Source of the DNA: Tubiluchus corallicola
Taxonomy: Eukaryota; Animalia; Priapulida
NCBI GenBank assembly: GCA_030141605.1
Contig: JAQGDQ010000703.1
Coordinates: 1-64,000 of the forward strand
Reading direction: 5' to 3'
Length of the DNA: 64,000 nt
The notes below the pieces were generated by a model. It was given only the letters and a program-made list of their open reading frames with translations. It did no database searches and had not been told where the DNA came from. Position 1 is the first letter of the stretch, and every line of letters starts with the position of its first letter. Below, piece after piece: positions 1 through 12,976 of the stretch. The translations under genes and the position numbers were made by a program.

Positions 1-2488
1 ACCTCGAGTAGACGTTACATTACTATACGTTACCGACCTCGAGTAGACGTTACATTACTATATGTTACCGACCTCGAGTAGACGTTACATTACTATATGT
101 TACCGACCTCGAGTAGATGTTACATTACTATACGTTACCGACCTCGAGTAGACGTTACAGTACTATACGTTACCGACCTCGAGTAGATGTTACAGTACTA
201 TATGTTACCTCGAGTAGACGTTACATTACTATACGTTACCGACCTCGAGTAGACGTTACATTACTATATGTTACCGACCTCGAGTAGACGTTACATTACT
301 ATACGTTACCGACCTCGAGTAGACGTTACATTACTATACGTTACCGACCTCGAGTAGACGTTACATTACTATACGTTACCGACCTCGAGTAGACGTTACA
401 TTACTATACGTTACCGACCTCGAGTAGACGTTACATTACTATACGTTACCGACCTCGAGTAGACGTTACATTACTATATGTTACCGACCTCGAGTAGACG
501 TTACATTACTATATGTTACCGACCTCGAGTAGACGTTACATTATTATACGTTACCGACCTCGAGTAGATGTTACGTTACTATATGTTACCGACCTCGAGT
601 AGATGTTACATTACTATACGTTACCGACCTCGAGTAGACGTTACATTACTATACGTTACCGACCTCGAGTAGACGTTACATTACTATACGTTACCGACCT
701 CGAGTAGACGTTACATTACTATACGTTACCGACCTCGAGTAGACGTTACATTACTATATGTTACCGACCTCGAGTAGATGTTACATTACTATATGTTACC
801 GACCTCGAGTAGATGTTACATTACTAGTTTTACTATACGTTACCGACGTCGAGTAGACGTTACATTACTATACGTTACCGACCTCGAGTAGACGTTACAT
901 TACTATACGTTACCGACCTCGAGTAGACGTTACATTATTATATGTTACCGACCTCGAGTAGACGTTACATTACTATACGTTACCTGTTGCTCGAGTAGAG
1001 TTACATTACTATACGTTACCGACCTCGAGTAGACGTTACATTACTATATGTTACCGACCTCGAGTAGACGTTACATTACTATATGTTACCGACCTCGAGT
1101 AGACGTTACATTACTATACGTTACCGACCTCGAGTAGATGTTACATTACTATGTTACGACCTCGAGTAGAGTTACATTATATACGTTACCGACCTCGAGT
1201 AGATGTTACATTACTATACGTTACCAACCTCGAGTAGATGTTACATTACTATGTGTTACTGACCTCGAGTAGATGTTACATTACTATATGTTACCGACCT
1301 CGAGTAGACGTTACATTACTATACGTTACCGACCTCGAGTAGATGTTACATTACTATGTGTTACTAACCTCGAGTAGATGTTACGTTACTATATGTTACC
1401 GACCTCGAGTAGATGTTACATTACTATACGTTACCGACCTCGAGTAGATGTTACATTACTATACGTTGCCGACCTCGAGTAGATGTTACATTACTATACG
1501 TTACCGACCTCGAGTAGACGTTACAGTACTATACGTTACCGACCTCGAGTAGATGTTACAGTACTATACGTTACCGACCTCGAGTAGATGTTACATTACT
1601 ATACGTTACCGACCTCGAGTAGACGTTACATTACTATACGTTACCGACCTCGAGTAGACGTTACATTACTATACGTTACCGACCTCGAGTAGATGTTACA
1701 TTACTATATGTTACCGACCTCGAGTAGATGTTACATTACTATACGTTACCGACCTCGAGTAGATGTTACATTACTATGTGTTACCGACCTCGAGTAGATG
1801 TTACATTACTATACGTTACCGACCTCGAGTAGATGTTACATTACTATACGTTGCCGACCTCGAGTAGATGTTACATTACTATAAGTTGCCGACCTCGAGT
1901 AGACGTTACAGTACTATACGTTACCGACCTCGAGTAGATGTTACATTACTATACGTTGCCGACCTCGAGTAGATGTTACATTACTATAAGTTGCCGACCT
2001 CGAGTAGACGTTACATTACTATACGTTACCGACCTCGAGTAGATGTTACATTACTATATGTTACCGACCTCGAGTAGACGCTACATTACTATATGTTACC
2101 GACCTCGAGTAGATGTTACATTACTATACGTTACCGACCTCGAGTAGACGTTACATTACTATACGTTACCGACCTCGAGTAGATGTTACATTACTATGTG
2201 TTACTAACCTCGGGTAGATGTTACGTTACTATATGTTACCTCGAGTAGATGTTACATTACTATACGTTACCGACCTCGAGTAGACGCTACATTACTATAT
2301 GTTACCGACCTCGAGTAGATGTTACATTACTATGTGTTACTAACCTCGAGTAGATGTTACATTACTATACGTTACCGACCTCGAGTAGACGTTACATTAC
2401 TATATGTTACCGACCTCGAGTAGATGTTACATTACTATGTGTTACTAACCTCGAGTAGACGTTACATTACTATGTGTTACTAACCTCG
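1..2488. repeat. 35-bp minisatellite (about 70 copies, runs off window)
   Basis: Unit ACCTCGAGTAGACGTTACATTACTATACGTTACCG; abuts and overlaps the exon 19 donor. Confidence 0.97.
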
Positions 2489-2602
2489 GGCTGCAGCCGG
2501 GTGCCTAGGTTTACGAGAAGTTGCAGATTTCGCACGCCGTGCTTGCTGACCGTGATCGCCGGTGTACTGCTGTAACGGCGGAGGCAACGTTTGATTACCA
2601 TC
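2485..2602 (-). CDS. ARHGAP35: p190 RhoGAP exon 19 (last in window)
   Basis: DGNQTLPPPLQQY...RKPRHPAAAR; TGCAG acceptor, GAG|GTTAGT donor. Confidence 0.82.
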
Positions 2603-2659
2603 CTGCAAGTATAGATATGAATTACATTCTTGAACATTTTGATAACTTAAAATACAGTA

Positions 2660-2840
2660 AAGAAACAGCGATGAAATCAATATTTACAGGAGCAAGAAAC
2701 AGCGATGAAATCAATATTTACAGGAGCAAGAAACAGCGATGAAATCAATATTTACAGGAGCAAGAAACAGCAATGAAATCAATATTTACTGTAGCAAGAA
2801 ACAGCGATGAAATCAATATTTACAGTAGCAAGAAACAGCA
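2660..2840. repeat. 34-bp tandem repeat, about 5 copies
   Basis: GAAACAGCGATGAAATCAATATTTACAGGAGCAA. Confidence 0.9.
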
Positions 2841-2900
2841 TACAAACAAAAACAACCATGCTATCTTTAGCACCATTACTGTATAAATCCATTCACCTAC

Positions 2901-3059
2901 CTTAAACACAGAAAATTCTGAAGCAATGTCTATGCTTTCGGGTGTGGCTAGTGGCGCCGCCTGGATTCGACTGTACCCGACTGTTCTTGTGTCTTGGATG
3001 TTTAGTTTTTTAATGACGTCTGTCACATGACCAAAGTTTTTCAAATCCAGTTTTCCCGG
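2901..3059 (-). CDS. ARHGAP35: p190 RhoGAP exon 18
   Basis: PGKLDLKNFGHVTDVIKKLNI...AAPLATPESIDIASEFSVFK; phase 0-0. Confidence 0.87.
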
Positions 3060-3132
3060 CTGTAAGTAAATGAAAGGTAAATGAAAGGTAAAGTTATTAC
3101 AGGTAAATAAGCAATTAATGTTGCAATAAGTA

Positions 3133-6100
3133 TACAACCATATTACTTTTGCATACAACCGTATTACTTTTCCTAACAACCATATTACTCCATACAACCG
3201 TATTACTTTTCCATACAACCGTATTACTCCATACAACCGTATTACTTTTCCATACTACCGTATTACTTTTCCATACTACCGTATTACTTTTCCATACAAC
3301 CATATTACTTTTCCATACAACCGTATTACTTTTGCATATAACCGTATTACTCCATACAACCGTATTACTTTTCCTAACAACCGAATTACTTTTCCATACA
3401 ACCGTATTACTTTTCCATACAACCGTATTACTTTTCCATACAACCGTATTACTTTTCCATACAACCGTATTACTTTTCCATACAACCGTATTACTTTTCC
3501 ATACCACCGTATTACTTTTGCATACAACCGTATTACTTTTGCATACAACCGTATTACTTTTCCATACAACCGTATTACTTTTGCATACAACCGTAGTACT
3601 TTTGCATACAACCGTATTACTTTTCCATACTACCGTATTACTTTTTCATACAACCGTATTACTTTTTCATACAACCATATTACTTTGCCATACAACCGTA
3701 TTACTTTTCCTAACAACCGTATAACTCTTCCATACAACCGTATTATTTTGCATATAACCGTATTACTCCATACAACCATATTACTTTTGCTAACAACCGT
3801 ATTACTTTCCATACAACCGTATTACTTTTCCATACAACCGTGTTACTCCATACAACCGTATTACTTTTGCATACAACTGTATTACTTTTGCATACAACCG
3901 CATTACTTTTCCATACAACCGATTACTTCTCCATACAACCATATTACTTTTCCATACAACCGTATTACTTTTGCATACAACCGTATTACTTTTTCATACA
4001 ACCGTATTACTTTTCCATACTACCGTATTACTTTTTCATACAACCGTATTACTTTTCCATACAAACGTATTACTTTTGCATATAACCGTATTACTCCATA
4101 CAACCGTATTACTTTTCCTAACAACCGTATTACTTTTCCATACAACCGTATTACTTTTGCATACAACCGTATTACTCCATACAACCGTATTACTTTTCCT
4201 AACAACCGTATTACTTTTGCATACAACCGTATTACTTTTTCATACAACCGTATTACTTTTGCATACAACCGTATTACTTTTCCATACTACCGTATTACTT
4301 TTTCATACAACCGTATTACTTTTTCATACAACCATATTACTTTGCCATACAACCGTATTACTTTTCCTAACAACCGTATAACTCTTCCATACAACCGTAT
4401 TATTTTGCATATAACCGTATTACTCCATACAACCATATTACTTTTCCATACAACCGTATTACTTTGCCATACAACCGTATTACTTTTGCTAACAACCGTA
4501 TTACTTTCCATACAACCGTATTACTTTTCCATACAACCGTGTTACTCCATACAACCGTATTACTTTTCCTAACAACCGTATTACTCTTCCATACAACCGT
4601 ATTACTCTTCCATACAACCGTATTACTTTTGCATATAACCGTATTACTCCATACAACCGTATTACTTTTCCTAACAACCGTATTACTTTTTCATACAACC
4701 GTATTACTTTTCCATACTACCGTATTACTTTTTCATACAACCGTATTACTTTTTCATACAACCGTATTACTTTTCCATACAAACGTATTACTTTTGCATA
4801 TAACCGTATTACTCCATACAACCGTATTACTTTTCCTAACAACCGTATTACTTTTCCATACAACCGTATTACTTTTGCATACAACCGTATTACTCCATAC
4901 AACCGTATTACTTTTCCTAACAACCGTATTACTTTTGCATACAACCGTATTACTTTTTCATACAACCGTATTACTTTTTCTTACAACCGTATTACTTTTT
5001 CATACAACCGTATTACTTTTTCATACAACCGTATTACTTTTGCATACAACCGTATTACTCCATACAACCGTATTACTTTTCCATACAACCGTATTACTTT
5101 TGCATACAACTGTATTACTTTTGCATACAACCGTATTACTTTTGCATACAACCGCATTACTTTTCCATACAACCGCATTACTTCTCCATACAACCATATT
5201 ACTTTTCCATACAACCGTATTACTTTTGCATACAACCGTATTACTCCATACAACCGTATTACTTTTCCTAACAACCGTATTACTTTTCCATACAACCGTA
5301 TTACTTTTCCATACAACCGTATTACTTTTCCATACAACCGTATTACTTTTGCATACAACCGTATTACTTTTGCATACAACCGTATTACTTTTGCATACAA
5401 CCGTATTACTTTTCCATACCACTGTATTACTTTTGCATACAACCGTATTACTTTTGCATACAACCGTATTACTTTTCCATACAACCGTATTACTTTTGCA
5501 TACAACCGCATTACTTTTCCATACAACCGCATTACTTCTCCATACAACCGTATTACTCCATACAACCGTATTACTTTTTCATACTACCGTATTACTTTTT
5601 CATACAACCGTATTACTTTTCCATACTACCGTATTACTTTTTCATACAACCGTATTACTTTTTCATACAACCATATTACCTTGCCATACAACCGTATTAC
5701 TTTTGCATATAACCGTATTACTCCATACAACCGTATTCTTTTGCTAAAAACCGTATTACTTTCCATACAACCGTATTACTTTTCCATACAACCGTATTAC
5801 TTTTCCATACAACCGTATTATTTTGCATATAACCGTATTACTCCATACAACCGTATTACTTTTCCTAACAATTGTATTACTTTTTCATACAACCGTATTA
5901 CTTTTCCATACTACCGTATTACTTTTTCATACAACCGTATTACTTTTCCATACAAACGTATTACTTTTGCATATAACCGTATTACTCCATACAACCGTAT
6001 TAATTTTCCTAACAACCGTATTACTTTTCCATACAAACGTATTACTTTTGCATATAACCGTATTACTCCATACAACCGTATTAATTTTCCTAACAACCGT

Positions 6101-7017
6101 ATTAGTTTTCCATACAACCGTATTACTTTTCCTAACAACCGTATTACTCTTCCATACAACCGTATTATTTTGCATATAACCGTATTACTCCATACAACCG
6201 TATTACTTTTCCTAACAATTGTATTACTTTTTCATACAACCGTATTACTTTTCCATACAACCGTATTACTTTTGCATACAACTGTATTACTTTTGCATAC
6301 AACCGTATTACTTTTGCATACAACCGCATTACTTTTCCATACAACCGCATTACTTTTGCATATAACCGTATTACTCCATACAACCGTATTACTTTTCCTA
6401 ACAACCGTATTACTCTTCCATACAACCGTAATATTTTGCATATAACCGTATTACTCCATACAACCGTATTACTTTTCCTAACAATCGTATTACTTTTTCA
6501 TACAACCGTATTACTTTTTCATACAACTGTATTACTTTTCCATACAAACGTATTACTTTTGCATATAACCGTATTACTCCATACAACCGTATTAATTTTC
6601 CTAACAACCGTATTAGTTTTCCATACAACCGTATTACTTTTCCATACAACCATATTACTTTTGCATATAACCGTATTACTCCATACAACCGTATTACTTT
6701 TCCTAACAACTGTATTACTTTTTCATACAACCGTATTACTTTTTCATACAACCGTATTACTTTTCCATACAACCGTATTACTTTTGCATACAACCGTATT
6801 ACTCCATACAACCGTATTACTTTTCCATACAACCGTATTACTTTTGCATACAACTGTATTACTTTTGCATACAACCGTATTACTTTTGCATACAACCGCA
6901 TTACTTTTCCATACAACCGCATTACTTTTGCATATAACCGTATTACTCCATACAACCGTATTACTTTTCCTAACAACCGTATTACTTTTCCATACAACCG
7001 TATTACTTTTGCATATA
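3133..7017. repeat. 21/18-bp minisatellite, about 3.9 kb
   Basis: CATACAACCGTATTACTTTTC with 18-bp variant CATACAACCGTATTACTC. Confidence 0.97.
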
Positions 7018-7664
7018 AAATTTTCTACCCTTTCTAGATAACCCTTATTAACCCGGTCATAAATTAGCTGTCCCACATTTTCATTTGCGATTTATAACTT
7101 AAAGTACTACTACCAATAATTAAACATGTGCTGCCATCTACACTTAAAATTGTTTATTATTGTAACTTGACTCAAGTTTAATTCAGGTTGTGGCCCTGGT
7201 CTGTGCTGCTCAGTCACATGTACCTGCTGGACTTCCCATATATGGTAGTAAAGATTGTTACTGAGTTTCACTAGCCAATCAGGTAAGCTCAGTAGGTACA
7301 TGTGACTTGGGTAGCTCTGCCAAGACCAGCCTGGTTTTTTCTTCTGATTATTGCTGCTGAGTTGTCATCATGTGTGTCTTCCTTTCATGTAAATAGTAAA
7401 TAAAATCTTTTACAGTTCAATGCAGTTTTCTATTCTCTTCTTGCTTTAATCACCAGAGTGAACCAATCTTATAATTCAGTCTAAAAACTATATATTTCCT
7501 TATAAATTCACATATAAAGTTTCTGCAAGAGGTTCAGTCAATCTTTATAGCCAAATTCAATCCTTTCTACATTATTATTATTACAAAATATTAGTTTATT
7601 TACTAAATTTGCTAAAAAGTATGCATTTGTTTATTGAATTGTACAAAAGAAAGATAATGTATAA

Positions 7665-8327
7665 ATATGTGTGCTTGCAAACCAAAAGCGTCCATAAGTC
7701 AACATAGTTAAAACTAGATTATGAAGCTTCAAAGTAGAATGCACCAAAAATTTGGTCAAATGTTTTTGTTTTTCATAAAAACAAATGCTGAATATATTGG
7801 ACTTTTATATTCTAGCATCAAATTATCAAGAAAATGCTTAAAAAATACTAAAAATTTAATTTTATAACCCCGTACCCACTTTTCTGGCTTTAAAGTAGTA
7901 ATACAATTGTAAAAAAACTTGTATTTTCAAACTCCGATAGTAGCTTGGGGAAACAGTCATTTTGCTTCAAGTTTTTTCTGTTGCTAAACCCAGATCTTTG
8001 TCAGGAAGAAATATCTACTGGATTTAAACATAACTTCAATGTGTTCTTGCAAAGTCCATAGCAACCAACATTTCTGTGGTTACTAAGTGTTTTGTAGAAA
8101 CCCAACAAAAAACAATGGCTGACTTTAACAGCGATTTTCACACGATTATGTTCTTCAATGCGCAGTGTGCACCTCAACTTCAACATGGATTTTCTCAACT
8201 TAGAAATAACACAGAATGTTCAACTTGGTATCAAAATGATCCTCATGAAATGGAGATTTGGGATATGTGAATAACTAGAAAAGTTTGCTGATTTACGGTC
8301 GATCTTGCTATGCAAGCACACACATAT
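7665..8327 (+). mobile_element. Non-autonomous TIR element family A, copy 1
   Basis: Ends ATATGTGTGCTTGCA / TGCAAGCACACACATAT; homologous to 25343-25992 and 31388-32052. Confidence 0.85.
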
Positions 8328-8407
8328 CCGGAATGATAAATAGGTTGAACACAATATGAATTTGAAAAAAGTTAACTGACTATCCTCCGTATGCGACGCA
8401 AGATGCA

Positions 8408-8553
8408 AGCACACGCACACACACACACACGCACACGTGCACACACACACGTGCACACACACATGCATGTACACACACCCACACCCACACGCACGCACGC
8501 ATGCACGCACGCACACACACACACGCACGCGCACACACACACACACACACACA
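8408..8553. repeat. (CA)n/(CACG)n microsatellite
   Basis: Directly visible. Confidence 0.95.
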
Positions 8554-8574
8554 TATATAAACTAGAAGACTTAC

Positions 8575-8702
8575 TTTAGGTTTCAGCAAAGGTTTCGGTT
8601 TGGTTGACGGAGGTTTATTTTTGTATATAGAATAAATAGCAGGATCCTGCCATCCTTCCTTTCTCTCAATATCATAGGTGAGATTATTAGCCATCCACCC
8701 TT
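8575..8702 (-). CDS. ARHGAP35: p190 RhoGAP exon 17
   Basis: [25 protein letters not shown]...KPLLKPK; CAG acceptor, GTAAGT donor. Confidence 0.85.
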
Positions 8703-9167
8703 CTGTTCAAAATTAATGCAAAACACATTAGAGCAAGTGAAAATGTACGTTATACTGAAATGTAATGAAAAATAGAATGACCGATACTAACAGGACATGT
8801 AATTTAAATTCCAGCAAATATGCACTATTACGAAATAAATAGCTACTACTATGAAATAAATCAAAAACTACAGGCAAAAAAATGCAACTTTATTTTGTCA
8901 CTATTACATGCTTAAATCTGAAGCTCCGTGAATTACATGGTCCAGTTACTTACATGATTTGCATTTATTAGCAAAATTACATTAGAATTACATCACAAAC
9001 TAAACAAGCTTAATGAAATTACTGTTAATATAAAGTGTTATAATGTGACACAGATCACAAAATTTACAGGACATAATAGCAAGCAAACAAATAATGCGCT
9101 CTGAATTCAAATCTTAGAAAAACTAAATCGTAAAATTATCAACAATTCAAACAAAAAAACTATGTAG

Positions 9168-9690
9168 AGGTCGTGGTCAAATGAGCACAGATCAAGGTCA
9201 AATAAGCACTGGTCAAGGTCAATTAAGCACAGGTCAAGGTCAAATAAGCATAGGTCAAAGTCGAATAGGCATCAACTAATTCCACGAAGTCATGAATCAT
9301 AAGTCGTGAAACAGGTATAGAACAAAGTCAAATGAGCACAGGTGAAAACGAAACGAGAGCTCATTCAAGACCAAAAGAGCACATGCAAGGTCAAGGTCTA
9401 ATAAGTACAGGTCAAGGTCAAATAAGCACAAATGGGCATAAACTAAAGCCAAAAGAGCATAAGTCGTCAAATGGGTATCAGCAAAAAGTCAAATGAGCAC
9501 AAGTCAAAGTCAAACGAGTCAAGGTCAAGGTCAAATGAGCACAGGTAAAGGTCAAATGGAGATAGACTAGAGTCAAATGAGCATAAGTCATCAAATGCAT
9601 ATTGACTGATTAAAGTCACAGCGCAGGTCAAAAACAAACAAACGCTCATTCAAGATCAAAAGAGCACAGGTCAAGGTCAAAGTCAAATAA
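9168..9690. repeat. Degenerate AGGTCAAGGTCAAATRAGCAC repeat cluster
   Basis: About 20 divergent units of roughly 21 bp. Confidence 0.75.
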
Positions 9691-9738
9691 ACTGATTCCA
9701 TGCACTACACAATTCTCCATGCAGCCTCCTCCCCTTAC

Positions 9739-9993
9739 CGGATTCATCATCAGCTGTTGCTAACTTCATGCTGTCGGTTTTGTGTAAATGCGGACGAGCG
9801 TCTCGGTCTCCCTGCCGAGTTGCCGCCAGTCCGATATACGTGCCACCCGTGTAGGACTGGTCGATTTTGCCCAACGTCGGCGGAGGCATGCACAGACCGG
9901 TCGACTCGGTCAGGGAAGTGCTGGGGGAAGAATCGGAGTGATCCGTGTACGCACTGCACACCATCTTGGGAGACTCGGGTTTTGGGCAGTCTT
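9739..9993 (-). CDS. ARHGAP35: p190 RhoGAP exon 16 (symmetric phase 1-1, possibly a cassette)
   Basis: GC-rich open frame EDCPKPESPKMVCSAY...ATADDES; GCAG acceptor, G|GTAAGG donor; 255 nt. Confidence 0.75.
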
Positions 9994-10244
9994 CTGCGCA
10001 AGATGCAAGTTTGTTAATGCTTAGTTTGTTAGTAGTAAAGCAAGAGTACGACTGTTAGTAAACAAAAACTATTGAAAAGAGTTTGTTAGTTAAGTAACTA
10101 CAATGACACACAAATGAATAACCTTGTAGAAACAAAATTTAAGACTGAACCCACAACGTACAGAAAGTCTAATGGATTGGCTGCTAAAATATTCTTTCAA
10201 AAATAATTGTCATAGAATTACATTTTGCACAATTTAATCGTTTG

Positions 10245-10415
10245 GTCAAAGTTTGCAATTTCACCCGCCACACAAAAAATTAGTTTGTCAAGTGGAAGGA
10301 TTAGGATTAGAATTAGGATTGGAGTAAGGTTAGGGTTGGGGTTAACGTTAGGGTTAGCGCTGGGGTTAACGTTAGGGTTAGAGATAGGATTAGGTTTAGG
10401 GCTAGGTTTAGGTGT
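10245..10415 (+). repeat. Dispersed repeat with degenerate (TTAGGG)-like tract
   Basis: AAAGTTTGCAATTTC..AAATTAGTT leader followed by GGTTAG-like units; inverted copy near 56835-56940. Confidence 0.7.
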
Positions 10416-10733
10416 AAACTAATTCCAATTGTTTTAACTTCATATCCCAATATATAGAAAAAACATGCTAGAGTAGTATAGCAGTTTGGTGTATGAACCA
10501 CAGACTTGAATGCTCGTTATGTAACGGGTGCTGTCTATCATGAGAGTCACGGTATTCTCACCTACGCCCACTCAAACACAACTGAGTATTTGATTGACTA
10601 ATGAAAGAAAGAGGGCAGCACTGTATTGCACAGAGGAAAACATAGTTACTCGGCAGTACAATATCATTTATCTTAGCAACCAAAGCATTAAACCATTAAG
10701 AAAAGTTTGATTTCACACAATAATAATCAAATA

Positions 10734-12810
10734 CAGCAAGTCCTCGTTTAACGACCCCCCCCCGTTTTGCTTCGTTTGGTTGACCTTAACGACGGACGTT
10801 TCACTTTAACTACATTTTTCTTTTACTTTGCTCAAACCTTTCTTCACTTAACGACGGACGTTTCACTTTAACGACATTTTTCTTTTACTTTGCTCAAACC
10901 TTTCTTCACTTAACGACGGACGTTTCACTTTAACGACATTTTTCTTTTACTTTGCTCAAACCTTTCTTCGCTTAACGACGCATGTTTCACTTTAACGACA
11001 TTTCTCTTTTACTTTGCTCAAACCTTTCTTCACTTAACGACGGACGTTCCACTTTAACGACATTTCTCTTTTACTTTGCTCAAACCTTTCTTCGCTTAAC
11101 GACGGACGTTTCACTTTAACGACATTTCTCTTTTACTTTGCTCAAACCTTTCTTCGCTTAACGACGGATGTTTCACTTTAACGACATTTCTCTTTTACTT
11201 TGCTCAAACCTTTCTTCACTTAACGATGCACGTTTCACTTTAACGACATTTCTCTTTTACTTTGCTCAAACCTTTCTTCACTTAACGATGCACGTTTCAC
11301 TTTAACGACATTTTTCTTTTACTTTGCTGAAAGCCAATTTTTATTTCATTAACAAAATTTTTACTTAATTTGATGCATTAAAACAGTACAAGTTGCATTT
11401 CTCTGTTCTAAAAACGCACTAATAATGTAAACAGTAGAATTATTATATACGTTTTTGCTTCCCCGACTGACAAATAAATGCTAGTTATTTATATCAAGTG
11501 AGACGTGTGAGCAAACTTTATGTGTGCAACCTGTTGCTATAGCAACCAGTCTAAGTGCTAGTCGTTTATATCAAGCGAGACGTGTGAGCAAACTTTATGT
11601 GTGCAACCTGTTGCTATAGCAACCAGTCTAAGTGCTAGTCGTTTATATCAAGCGAGACGTATGAGCAAACTTTATGTGTGCAACCTGTTGCTATAGCAAC
11701 CAGTCTAAATGCTAGTCGTTTATATCAAGTGAGACGTGTGAGCAAACTTTATGTGTGCAACCTGTTGCTATAGCAACCAGTCTAAGTGCTAGTCGTTTAT
11801 ATCAAGTGAGACGTGTGAGCAAACTTTATGTGTGCAACCTGTTGCTATAGCAACCAGTCTAAGTGCTAGTTATTTATATCAAGTGAGACGTGTGAGCAAA
11901 CTTTATGTGTGCAACCTGTTGCTATAGCAACCAGTCTAAGTGCTAGTTATTTATATCAAGTGAGACGTGTGAGCAAACTTTATGTGTGCAACCTGTTGCT
12001 ATAGCAACCAGTCTAAGTGCTAGTCGTTTATATCAAGCGAGATGTATGGGCAAACTTTATGTGTGCAACCTGTTGCTATAGCAACCAGTCTAAGTGCTAG
12101 TCGTTTATATCAAGCCAGATGTATGAGCAAACTTTATGTGTGCAACCTGTTGCTATAGCAACCAGTCTAAGTGCTAGTCGTTTATATCAAGCGAGATGTA
12201 TGGGCAAACTTTATGTGTGCAACCTGTTGCTATAGCAACCAGTCTAAGTGCTAGTCATTTATATCAAGTGAGACGTATGAACGAACTTTATGTGTGCAAC
12301 CTGTTGCTATAGCAACCAGTCTAAGTGCTAGTCATTTATATCAAGTGAGACGTATGACCGAACTTTATGTGTGCAACCTGTTGCTATAGCAACCAGTCTA
12401 AGTGCTAGTCGTTTATATCAAGCGAGATGTGTGAGCAAACTTTATGTGTGCAACCTGTTGCTATAGCAACCAGTCTAAGTGCTAGTCGTTTATATCAAGC
12501 GAGACGTGTGAGCAAAGTTTATGTGTGCAACCTGTTGCTATAGCAACCAGTCTAAGCATCTAGATAAAATTGCCAAGATCACCCAGGGCTTGGCTTTGAC
12601 TCTGCAGTGTTTATTGTTCAACCCCTGTCTAGGCTTAAATGCTAATGAAAAAGAAACCGCTATAGCTAGGTAATGGTAAGTAAGATGTATAGGTGGCATC
12701 TCAATTCTTTTACGTTACTTTCCATGAAAATCTTTGCTTCGTTTAACGACGTTTCGCTTAACGACGTGTTTCGCTGGAATGCCTTATCGTCGTTAAGCGA
12801 AGACTTGCTG
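10734..12810 (+). mobile_element. Tigger/pogo-like MITE family C, copy 1, with internal 62-bp and 77-bp arrays
   Basis: TA-flanked 22-bp TIRs CAGCAAGTCYTCGYTTAACGAC; arrays at 10786-11327 and 11479-12557. Confidence 0.88.
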
Positions 12811-12976
12811 TATTAAATGCAACAACAAATGCGACCACACAGCGTGTAAGAAACGCACGAACAATGAAGCCATTGAAAGAGAGGTTAACGGCAACCTTAA
12901 TGTCTTGTTCCAACGAGAATTTCCTAGACCGTTAACATCCTCTAGCCAAAGCAAACAACAAGCATAACATACATAC

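Noticed and set aside
1-2484. CRISPR-like array (35-37 bp repeats here and at 54118-54898)
   Set aside because: Units are head-to-tail with no unique spacers, there are no cas genes, and the context is a eukaryotic intron.
3115-7076. Long ORFs (HTTVLLF, YNRITF, YGKVIRL repeats)
   Set aside because: Artefacts of a 21/18-bp repeat lacking stops in several frames; intronic, with no splice or homology support.
10298-10412. True telomere or chromosome fusion site
   Set aside because: Short, highly degenerate and attached to a dispersed repeat leader that is found twice in the window.
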